From assembly GCF_021028975.2 (NCBI RefSeq), contig NC_059440.1, forward strand, positions 10,912,001 through 10,976,000: a stretch of DNA of 64,000 nt, written 5' to 3'. Within the stretch, counting starts at the first letter, position 1. Each line of letters opens with the position of its first letter. Both the position numbers and the translations under genes were made by a program. The DNA is from Sphaerodactylus townsendi (Eukaryota). Below are positions 24,501 through 34,000 of the stretch, one piece after another. Below the pieces are notes generated by a model. The model searched no databases, was not told where the DNA came from, and was given only the letters and a program-made list of their open reading frames with translations.

Positions 24501-27401
24501 ACAGTTCTCCACAGAACTGACCTCTGCAGTCTGGAGATCACTTCTCATTCCCAGAGATCTCTGGGCCCCACCTGAAAGTTGGCAGCCCTAACGACTGTAC
24601 CCTTTTAAGAGATGAATTCCCAAAGTTTTCTGAAGCAGGCTAAGGCAAGAGAACTGTTTGTGCCACGATAAATAAACAAAAGGCTCCTAACAGAAATGTA
24701 GCAGTCAGGGGGAAGGGAGGATTTTTGCACGTTTAGGTTTTCTCGCTTTGCGCAACGGCTTACACTGTCCCACGCTCCCACCATTGGCCACATGCAAAAA
24801 CACAGGTTCTTTGCTTTCTTTCTGCACCCCTGCCCACTTCTATCTGTCTTCAGTGTGTATATTGGGGGGCTGCTGTTTGGCCCAGCTTCCCAAGCACGGA
24901 ACAGTAGCTCTTGTTCCTGGCTCACAGAACATCTTGCACAAGAGCTCAGATGACCTCAGGCCCCTTCCGCACATGCAGAATCATGCACTTCCAATCCACT
25001 TTCAATGAACTTTGCAGCTGGACTTTACTGTGTGGAATAGCAAAATCCACTTACAATGGATTGAAAGTGCATTATTCTGCGTGTTCAATGGATTGAAAGT
25101 GCATTATTCTACGCAATAGCACCCTGTCAACTCCCACAAAATTGCGTATGCTTCTCTCACATGGTATTCCAGTGTCACTCCCAAAGTATGCAGTATGAAC
25201 TAGCCAGGCAGTTTGGATGCCAAAGTACCAAAGCAGTGCTGGCCAGAACCTGAGTTGAAATCCTGGCTGTACTAGATATTCACTGAGGGGACTGGAGGCA
25301 AGAGGATCAGTTTAGGCTGACACAGAACGGAGAATGTGCTTGTTTTTGTGCTGTAGTTTTGTTTACAAACAGCGTTCTGTCACAACTGCGAGGGCCCTTC
25401 CACACATGCAGAATAATGCAGTTTCATAACAGTTTGCTAGTGGATGTTGCTATTCCGCACAGTAAAACCCAGCTGCAAAGTGCATTGAAAGTGGATTGAA
25501 AGTGCATTATTCTGTGTGTGTGGAAGGGGCTTGCCTATTTCAAGTTTGCATATTACTTTTGCTTTGTTTCAGGTTTGTTTTAGCTCTGTCTCAGATTTGT
25601 TTTAAGATCTCTGCAGTCCAGAATCCAATTGCACTGTTTCTTAGATGTCCCATCCTGTTGAGTATCTTTGACTCAGTGAGAAAGGTGGACTCTAAATGAC
25701 ATAAGTAAAGCATAGAATCATAGCGTTGGAAGAGACCCCAAGGGCCATCAAGTCCAACCCCTTCCAATGCAGAGCCATATTATCAAAGCACTCCTGACAG
25801 ATGGCCATCCACCCTCTCTTTAAAAAACCTCCAAAGAAGGAGACTCCACCACACTCCGAGGCAGTACATTCCACTGTCGAACAGCCCTTATTGTCAGGAA
25901 GTTTTTCCTGATGTTTAGGTGGAATCTCTTCTCCTTCACCTTGAACCCGTTACTCCTGGTCCTAGTCTCTGGAGCAGCAGAAAACAAGCTTGCTCCCTCA
26001 CCAACATGACATCCCTTCAAATATCCAAACATAAATTAATAAAAACAAACCTCTCTTAAAGAACTGGCATAATATTACCTGGCAACTAAGGCTGGTCTGT
26101 TGTCTCTCAGAGTTTGGGCCCAGACCTATGGTTATCCACTGGAGATTTGAGGTCAACTATTGGATAGAGTTCTCTACCCTAATCACCGCAGCCAAGAAAA
26201 CATGCTCCCCCCTGTATTTTTCTCTCCCATTTGAATGGGGCCACTTGGCACACTACCTGTATTGCTTAATAAACCCTGTTCAAAGGAGAGCCATAATGCT
26301 CACCAGGTTTAATGTTATGCCTTCTGCCTTGTTACATGGCAGATTTAATAAGCAAGAAAAGGCTAAAAGATTGTGCCCATGTAACGATGGCTCAGTTGAA
26401 TCTCTGGCCCACCAATTATTTCACTGTCTCAGATTCAAGGAAATCATATCCAAGTATGTGAATCTTACTCCTTTACATTTACCTGATCTCCCCGATTTAA
26501 TTAGATTACACTACTTGTTGGACAACCTTGATCCTTCTCTCTGTATGATAGTGGCAGACTTTCTCCTGGAAATTACTAAACGCCAGTAGATTTCCTTCGT
26601 CCTAACATGTATTTCCTGTATTGTAAATGCTTTTTAATCCGTTTTTTTAAATTGTTGTACTGCTGCCTATGCCAATAAAGGCTTGCTTCACTGGAGATTT
26701 GGGGGTGGGGTTTTTTTGGCGAGTGACACCTCAGTGGGATACAAAACCATAGAGTCCACCTTCCAAAGCAGCTGTTTTCTCCAGGAGAACTAATCTCTCT
26801 AACCTGGAGACCAGCTGTAATTTCAGGAAGTCTCCAGCTGCCACCAGCAGGCCGGAACCTTGCCCTGACCACATCTGTATAATGGGTGTGTAGGGTGAGA
26901 CATGCCACTCCACCACACACCTGCAGCCAGCCTTCCATCCCCTGTCCCCTTCTGAGCTTACCGATTCTCAGCCACCAGGACCTGCTCCAGCAGTTTCGCG
27001 GCTTGGCACTTGGTCTCCAGATCTGCCGACTGCAGGAAGGAAAGCAGCAGATCCAGTCCGCCCTCCAGGCGAATCCCGTCGCACAGACCCTTGGCAACTT
27101 CCCTGCCGACTGTGGGCATCACCCAGGCTTCCTCCACCAGCGTCAAGATTTCCGCCATGCTGGCTTGGAGGTCTTTGGGGCCAGCAGCCTGCTTGACGGC
27201 AGAGATGGCCTGGTGCAAATCGGGCAGGATCCTGTGCAGGGCAGCTTGGATGTCGGTGCTCACCCCGGGGGAGACCTCCTGGTACGGCCCGGGACTTTGT
27301 GCCCACACCCCCTCATAGGTGGGCACTGCCGCCAGGGTCTCCTGGTTGGCCATACCTAAGCGGCACAGTTTGTACGCAGAGACAAGGAGGGTGAGCACCA
27401 T
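12108..27401 (-). CDS. SARM1: NAD(+) hydrolase SARM1 (ARM-SAM-SAM-TIR); 9 coding exons, 714 aa
   Basis: Exons 27401-26962, 18890-18272, 18142-17930, 17135-17044, 16434-16199, 14521-14419, 13986-13797, 12832-12711, 12237-12108; total 2145 nt in frame. N-terminus [14 protein letters not shown]; TIR motifs [24 protein letters not shown]|EIATAL; C-terminal [17 protein letters not shown]. The intron 7 donor is GC. Confidence 0.97.
12326..12473. mobile_element. Palindromic ~150-bp hAT MITE
   Basis: CAGGGGTCTGCAACC TIR, hairpin body, TSD CTCTAGGT. Confidence 0.85.
13023..13320 (-). mobile_element. Squam3-like SINE
   Basis: Full-length copy. Confidence 0.82.
13687..13730. repeat. (TG)n microsatellite in SARM1 intron 7
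   Basis: Direct reading; (CA)n in the SARM1 pre-mRNA. Confidence 0.9.
13990..14392 (-). mobile_element. Full Squam3-like SINE (13990-14297) plus an adjacent 3' SINE fragment (14298-14392), filling SARM1 intron 6
   Basis: Two GAGTTTGGATTTATA tails, at ~14015 and ~14301. Confidence 0.82.
14968..15325 (-). mobile_element. Possible solo LTR
   Basis: The minus strand runs TGTTGG...AATAAA...CTCACA over ~360 bp of compositionally distinct sequence; no TSD seen. Confidence 0.3.
15785..16041 (-). mobile_element. Squam3-like SINE
   Basis: Same family, head truncated. Confidence 0.78.
16447..16775 (-). mobile_element. CR1 LINE 3' end abutting the SARM1 exon 5 acceptor
   Basis: Highly similar to 3930-4260. 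Confidence 0.85.
17610..17884 (-). mobile_element. Squam3-like SINE
   Basis: Same family; the tail runs into an N-gap. Confidence 0.78.
18978..19116. mobile_element. Palindromic hAT MITE
   Basis: Near-perfect palindrome; TSD (T/G)TCTAATG. Confidence 0.85.
19124..19250 (-). mobile_element. Penelope-like terminal fragment
   Basis: Same family: ...GATGCCAGCCACAGATGCAGGCGAAACGTCAGGAG on the minus strand. Confidence 0.65.
20538..20753. mobile_element. Non-autonomous DNA element with TAGGGTTGCCA-type termini
   Basis: TAGGGTTGCCAA...TTAGCAACCCTA; degenerate relatives near 2030-2223, 24420-24590, 30030-30330, 32170-32430, 36720-36940 and 40120-40305. Confidence 0.6.
21460..21526. repeat. (GTCT)n microsatellite
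   Basis: Direct reading. Confidence 0.9.
21529..22345 (+). mobile_element. Squam3-like SINE split by a hAT MITE
   Basis: Head 21529-21726, tail 22240-22345. Confidence 0.78.
21727..22239. mobile_element. hAT (Charlie-type) MITE nested in a SINE
   Basis: TIR CAGTG(A/G)(T/C)GGCGAACC; 8-bp TSD TCATAGGG. Confidence 0.88.
23210..23600. mobile_element. hAT-type MITE
   Basis: TIR CAG(T/A)GGTGGGATCC; TSD GAATAAAC. Confidence 0.85.
23832..24364. mobile_element. hAT-type MITE with long internal inverted repeats
   Basis: TSD CACAGTAT; second copy at 34899-35446. Confidence 0.8.
25711..26032 (-). mobile_element. CR1 LINE 3' end
   Basis: ORF 25820-26032 is nearly identical to 6410-6757. Confidence 0.88.
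26040..26690 (+). mobile_element. Non-LTR retrotransposon 3' end (C-terminal Cys/His knuckle; clade not assigned)
   Basis: ORF 26128-26589 has [16 protein letters not shown]; ends in AATAAAG plus a short tandem tail. Confidence 0.7.
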
Positions 27402-27771
27402 GTGGGGAGTTGGTGATGGGGAGGTATTTGAGAACCCCCTCCTAGAGCTGGTGCCCCAAATTGAGGCAAAGGGGGTTTCACAAAGAGGATAAAGGAGGAG
27501 AGATGAAGGGAGGGTGAGAGGGACAAGTGGGGAAGGAGAGCAGGGATGGAGGATGACTGGAAGGGGAGGCAGGGAGGCAGGGGTGGCGCTGGGTACCACC
27601 AGCTGTGATGGACAGCTGGCGCCAGGTTGATGCTTTTGCCTCCTGCCGCTGGCTTGTGATGCAGATAGATCTCCCTGGCAAGAGGAACAGCGTCCCAATC
27701 ATCCCTGCTCCTCCCTTGTTCCCCGGTGATGATGTCAGCCATCAAAGGAACCGCCCCTGAAAGGAGGGTCC

Positions 27772-27785
27772 GTCACCATGGCAAC
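27772..27785. promoter_or_regulatory. RFX X-box upstream of SARM1
   Basis: GTCACCATGGCAAC matches the GTNRCC-N(0-3)-RGYAAC consensus, ~370 bp upstream of the SARM1 ATG. CRE-like TGATGTCA at 27730-27737. Confidence 0.55.
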
Positions 27786-28649
27786 ATCAGCATCCTTTCC
27801 TACTGGATCCCTAAAAGAGCCAAAGCATTATAAATAGCTCCATTGGGATGTGTGGTACCTTTCAAATAGGACAAAACCGCAAGAACACCAAACGGGCAGA
27901 CTTTCAAGTGCCTGGAATTCTTCACCAGAGTAGAAGTTAAGGTCAAAAAAGGAGGGGGGGGAATGTTTCAGGAAAATACAGAAGCCCCCCATCAAAGCTT
28001 CCTAGCTATGTGGCTTCTCTGCCCTCTTTCTTTTCCCGTCCCTCTTTCCCTGGCTTCCAGCCCCCCAGTACGTTTGACACGTGTGATAATATTGGTATGG
28101 GGGTGGTTGGTTATTTTTAGCCCTCAGTTTTTAAAATTGCACTGAAGCCGGTGGGATTTTATTGAATTTTACTGTTTAGTATATTACTATGCTGTTGTGA
28201 GCTGCCCTGAGTTCATTTAGGGAGGGGCGGCCTGGAAATCGAACAATAATCATTAGTAGTGATAGTAGCAGGAGCAGTGATAAACAAACACACTAATAAA
28301 TAAAGCAACCATTTTCTCCGGCGAAACTGATTTGTGCCACCTGGAGATCAACTGTAATTGCAGCAGATCGCCAGATCTCGTTCAGAGGCTGGTAACCCTA
28401 TTTCCCTGCTGCACCTGGGGGTTGCCAACCCAAGCTGGCATGCTCCCCCCACCCCCAGTCATGACACTGCTGGGGATTAGATTTCTGCTTGCTGTTTCAA
28501 AAGTTCTTCCTCTCCTTCACCAAAGCCGCTGTCAATTCTGGCCTTCAAGTGGAGGGCGGGAGGCATTGAGCTTCACTTCCACCTGGCAATCCAGGCCAGC
28601 AAAGAGGTAGCCTGTATTAATCAAACCAATTAAAGCCTGAAATGCCTGC

Positions 28650-28681
<32 letters not shown>

Positions 28682-30429
28682 GTCATGTTTTTCTAAAATG
28701 TTCAAGTCTAGAAAATAAACTTGCTTCTTTTTAAAACTGGAAATAGGAAGCTNNNNNNNNNNNNNNNNNNNNNNNNNNNNNNNNNNNNNNNNNNNNNNNN
28801 NNNNNNNNNNNNNNNNNNNNNNNNNNNNNNNNNNNNNNNNNNNNNNNNNNNNNNNNNNNNNNNNNNNNNNNNNNNNNNNNNNNNNNNNNNNNNNNNNNNN
28901 NNNNNNNNNNNNNNNNNNNNNNNNNNNCCTATGTTAGGTTTTCTAGAATGCTGAGGTCTAGAAAGAAAGGAGTTCCTTTTTAAAACTGGAAACAGGAAGC
29001 TCGGAGACGTTGCTGCTCATTTCGGAACAGCCACACTGGTTGAAAGGCTGGTGGGTGAGTTGGCTCTTGTCCTCCTTTGGGCCCTGCAACTGCCATGATG
29101 CATGCCAAGCCCGGGCCGCCCCCCCCCCCCCACTTCATTTGTTCTCTGTCCCAAGAGGGGAGAGGGAAGGAGGGGAGGGAGGAGGCAGAAGCTGGAAGGG
29201 AGATCAGGAGTCCATATTAATTAGTAACTGGGACGAATTGATCTGGATGCCCGTATAGGGAGCAAACTCCACTACACCATGCAGGGGGGGCAGGGCTGGC
29301 TGCTCCCTCCACTCCTTACATTGAGGGGCATAGGGCCAGGGTCATAAACAAGGGTTGCCAGCTTCCAGTTGCTGGCTGGAGATCTGGGAGTACAACTAAT
29401 GTCCAGGAACAGAGAACAGTTGTTAGAATCAACTCGTGATGGGCGCTGGTGGGACCATGCATTCGGCTCTGTGTGAAGTCTGATTGGCGTACCTACTGAT
29501 TGATATATGGAAGGGGTCTGGCTCTTGCTTTCTCTTTCCTTTCACCCTTTGATGTTATATTGCTTGATGACAAATGTAGATAACCAGGCAAGACCCTGTG
29601 AAACATCCTGGCCTCCAGCAACAGGATATGTCCTTTGCTCCACTCCGGGGAGGTTTCGCAGGTGGCGTCTCTTTCTCCCTTCCGTGTCCTTGACAGGCCT
29701 AAGCTCCTAAACAATTCTCTTCACACTTTCGCCGGGAAAAAGGGAGGGGGACTGGTTTGGGGATAAAGTGATCTAGGAGTAGCCAGGGTCGCCAGATCTG
29801 GCTTTCTCAAACTAGGGACTTCTGCCTTGTTGCTTTCAATAAATGCTTCTGATCAACTATCAAGAGTTTGTTTATTGGCTTAAGGACTGAGACCTAACAG
29901 CAGTGGCGTAGCGCCAAGGGAACAGGGGGTGACGCACCGGGTGCGCACTAATGCGGGGGCATGGTGGGGACATTCTGGGGCATGGTGGGGGCGCAGGGCG
30001 CAGTTCTCCCTCGCTACGGCTCTGCCTAGCAGCAGTTAACCTGGAGAAAATGGTGGCTTTGGAAGGCAAGCCCTATGGCATTATAACCCATTGAAATCCC
30101 TCCCCCAACCCCACCCTTCTCAGGCTCCACCCCAAAATCTCTAGGTATTTTCCAACTTAGAGCTGGTAACTCTATCATAGGGATACCAACCTCCAGACAG
30201 GGCCTGGAGTTTTCCTGAAATTGCAACTGATCTCCGGACTACGGGAATCAGTTCCCTTGGAGAAGATGGCAGTTTTGGGGGGCCAACTTTACAACAGCAT
30301 AATTTCCCTGCTGATCGCCCTCCCTCGCCTGCGCCAACCTAGGCCGTTTCCCCAGCATTGCTGCTGGCTGGTACTGAACATCAATAGCAAAATCCACTTG
30401 CAAACAATTGTGAAAGTGGATTGAAAGTG

Positions 30430-30738
30430 CAGCAGTGGCGTAAGAGGTTAAGAGCTCGTGTATCTAATCTGGAGGAACCAGGTTTGATTCCCAGCTCTGC
30501 CACCTGAGCTGTGGAGGCTTATCTGGGGAATTCAGATTAGCCTGTACACTCCCACACATGCCAGCTGGGTGACCTTGGGCTAGTCACGGTTCTTTGGAGC
30601 TCTCTCAGGGTGAGAAACACCCTACCTCACAGGGTGTTTGTTGTGAGGGGGGAAGGGCAAGGAGATTGTAAGCCCCTTTGAGTCCCCTGCAGGAGAGAAA
30701 GGGGGGATATAAATCCAAACTCTTCTTCTCTTCTTCTT
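30430..30738 (+). mobile_element. Squam3-like SINE inserted in a palindromic MITE
   Basis: The MITE sequence ...TTGAAAGTGC resumes as TTATTCTGCATGCGCGGAAGGGGCC after the SINE tail. Confidence 0.78.
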
Positions 30739-30960
30739 ATTCTGCATGCGCGGAAGGGGCCTCAGTCCTGAAGCTTCCTGGGCGACTACGGGCCAGATAC
30801 TGTCTCTCACTAACGACAACCTCACAGGGTTGTCGGGAGGATCAAACGAAGGAGGGGAGAGCTACGCGTGCCAACTGGAGGCCGCTAGACAGTTGCTGAC
30901 CCAGAAAGCATACAAAAGACTCGAGCCAGCTCCAGAGGGGGAGGGGGAGGAGTGCCCGGG

Positions 30961-30987
30961 CCAATACCCTCTTGACCTTGTTTGTTT
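30961..30987 (+). promoter_or_regulatory. VTN proximal promoter (CCAAT, nuclear-receptor half site, FoxA-type site)
   Basis: CCAAT 30961-30965, TGACCT 30973-30978 and TGTTTGTTT 30979-30987, 65-95 bp upstream of the ATG of a liver-expressed gene. Confidence 0.5.
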
Positions 30988-31053
30988 CCAATCCGACCAA
31001 GCCGTCAGCCTTCTGGGGAGCGCCAGTCGGACTGGGACGGAGCCGGGTGAGCC

Positions 31054-34000
31054 ATGCGGCTCCTTCTCAAGACACTGCTGCTGGGCTGGCTGTGTGGGGC
31101 CTTTGCCGCAGAGGGTGAGTGGAGCGTTCCGGGGGGGGTCCCCTTTCCCACCTCACGTGAATTGATATCTAGGGAGCCCTGCGGGAAACTGGGACCAGCT
31201 TGATCGTGGGAGAGAAGCCGGGGACAGGGGGGCAGTGAGCTTCCCTCTCTCCCTGGTGCTTCCAATGAGAATGAGGTCACCCCAATTAAATCCACTGGCA
31301 GGAGACTGGGATTTGATAAAAAAACGCAGCACTTCTCTGTGCGTAATGAACAAGTGGCATTCTCTGCCACTGGGACGGTCGCCGTTGGCGTAGCGATTTT
31401 TGAAAGGCTGTGATCAATTCATGGATGCCATGATAACAAAATAGAGCATGTTGAGAGGCAGGCTACTGCTCAATCCCAGACCACTGATGTGACATGGACT
31501 GCTTGCACCCTGCATGGCTTGTGTACCTCATCCCAGAGGCTTCAGGCTGGCCGCTACTGGGCACAGGCTGTGGGATGAGTGCTTGTTCTGTTCTGGCCAA
31601 GCAAGCTCCAAACCCAAAGCAGAGGGATGGGAGCCCCCGTACAGCCCTGGGGGGAAGATGGCCGGCCTGCTACTCAGCTCCTCCCCCTCGCTGTGACTGA
31701 CCAGGGGCTTTCCTTTGCAGAGTCCTGCGAGGGGCGCTGCGACCAAGGCTTCGACGACCACAAGAAATGCCAGTGCGATGATCTCTGCGTGTACTACCAG
31801 AGCTGTTGCAGCGATTACTTAACAGTCTGTAAACCCAAAGGTATCTCAACCTCCGTGGGGGGAGGGGACTCTTGGCTCTGCTTCCAGATCCGCAGTGGGT
31901 GAGCTCGTGGGCCTGGCATTCCCACTTTCCTAGTGCCCTTCCTTGGTCCTGTCCAGTCCACAGGAGGTGATGTTCAGACCCGCTAATCCAGGAGTGGAGA
32001 ACTGCTGGGAAGTCCCCAACTGAGCATGGGGGCCTGGAGGGGATCTGGAATGGGCTGGAACCAGGAAATGGCGACATTGTCAGCGAAGGAGAGTGGGGTT
32101 TTGCTGGGTTTTTGCCAGGGGTCCGAAATGACTGGTGAACTTGTGCCCGCAACTAGACAGACCGACCACCAGGTGGAGCCTGGAGTTTTCTTGGAATCAC
32201 AACAGATCCCCAGACTACCAAGATCTGCCTGCCCTGTAGGAAATAGCAACTTTTGTAGAGCTGGCAGCTCTACGCTGGGAAATACTTGGAGATGTTGGGG
32301 GTGGAGTCTAGGGAGGGGAGGGCAGGGCAGGGAAGGGAAGGGACCTCAGCGGTTACCAGGCTACAGATCTGTCTGGAGATCAGTTGCAATTCCTGGATAT
32401 GTCCAGTCCCCACCTGGAGGTTGGCAATCTAATTTTGAAGATGGATATTTTTGAATCAAATCCTCACGGAATCCCTCCCCTCCCAAAAATCTGCTTTTCC
32501 AGATCTGCCTTCGACACCTCAGGATTTTCCAAAAACACAGCAACATATTGTATTTCTTTTATTTGCTTATTTACCGAGACGGAAGGCAGATTACGCAGTG
32601 TAAATCAATGCAACTGATAGGATGAAACATCTCATAAGCAAAGTAATAGGACTGGGGTCTGGCTGGAAACTTGACACAAAGCATCACATATTAGACCTGA
32701 TGGGTAAAACAATGTAAAAAACAGTGTTACACATTATTTATTTATTTATTTTATTTTTTAAGCTTTTATACCGCCCCATCCCCGGAGGGCTCTGGGCGGT
32801 GTACAGCAGAAAGAAAACAATGTAAATACTTAAAACATTTTAAAAGCAGCGACAACCATAAAACATTCCTAATAAATATAATAATTTACAGTAAAATAGA
32901 TGGCGTTCAATAATCTACTATTGTAATCTCATCCCCTCCCCCCCCAAAAAAGGGGGGGGGCGTCCAGCATTCTAACCTAAAAGTTCCCTCCCCCCTTCCA
33001 AAAGGGAGGAATGGCGAGTCTGAGATGGCAGCTAGCCCAGATGTCAGGGCCCGGCCCAAGTATCAGTATCAGTATCAGGGCCGGGCCAAGGGCGGGGGCA
33101 GTGATAGAAGAAGAGTTTGGATTTATACCCATCCTTTCTCTCCTGTAAGGAGACTCAAGGTGGCTTACAAGCTCCTTTCCCTTCCTCTTCCCATAACAGA
33201 CACCTTGTGAGGCAGGTGGGGCTGAGAGAGTTCCAAAGAACTGTGACTAGCCCAAGGTCACCCAGCAGGAATGTAGGAGTGCGGAAACACATCTGGTTCA
33301 CCAGTTAAGCCTCTGTCACTCAGGTGGAGGCATGGGGAATCAAACCCAGTTTTCCAGATTAGAGTTGTACCTGCTTTTAACCACTACACCATGCTGGCTG
33401 TCTGGTATAACATAATAGTACACACAGCAAACAGAAAATACATACAGCAAACTGTGGTATAGGCAACAGTCCTGTTCCGTTTAGAAAAGCGCTTTCCCCA
33501 AACATTCTCTTATAATTCTGCCCTGTTATTCTTCTAAAAATGCAGTTCTCCACTTGATGGAGCTTCTATTGCCATTCTGGGCAAAACAACGCTGATGCTA
33601 ACGTCCCTTTAAGAGAATATGGTAATGCCACTCCTAATCTTCGAGGTGAAGAAAAGACACTTCTTACATGCTCAGAGACACTCTGATTGTTGATGTCCAG
33701 TTTTCCAAGCCTTGGGGAAATGGTTTGGGAGCTGAGCCTCGGTGACCGCAGGCTTGCATTGAATGTACAAAAGTGAAGATGTCTCTTAATGGCTAACCTC
33801 TTTGTGCGGCATTTCCCCAATTGCAGTGACCCGGGGGGATGTCTTTGTTCGGCCAGAGGATGAGTACTTGGATTATGACTATGACGTCAATCTGAATGCC
33901 ACCACGACCACGGCCAACCCCTTCTCGGAACCAGTGAGCAGCGAGCCCTGGCCAACGGAAGAATCATGGCCCCAGGAGTCCTGGCCAACAGGAGAGTCAG

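Noticed and set aside
27402-27698. 99-codon in-frame extension upstream of the SARM1 ATG in the ORF track
   Set aside because: It starts at TTG, is low-complexity Pro/Ser/Leu, and homology begins at MVLTLL.
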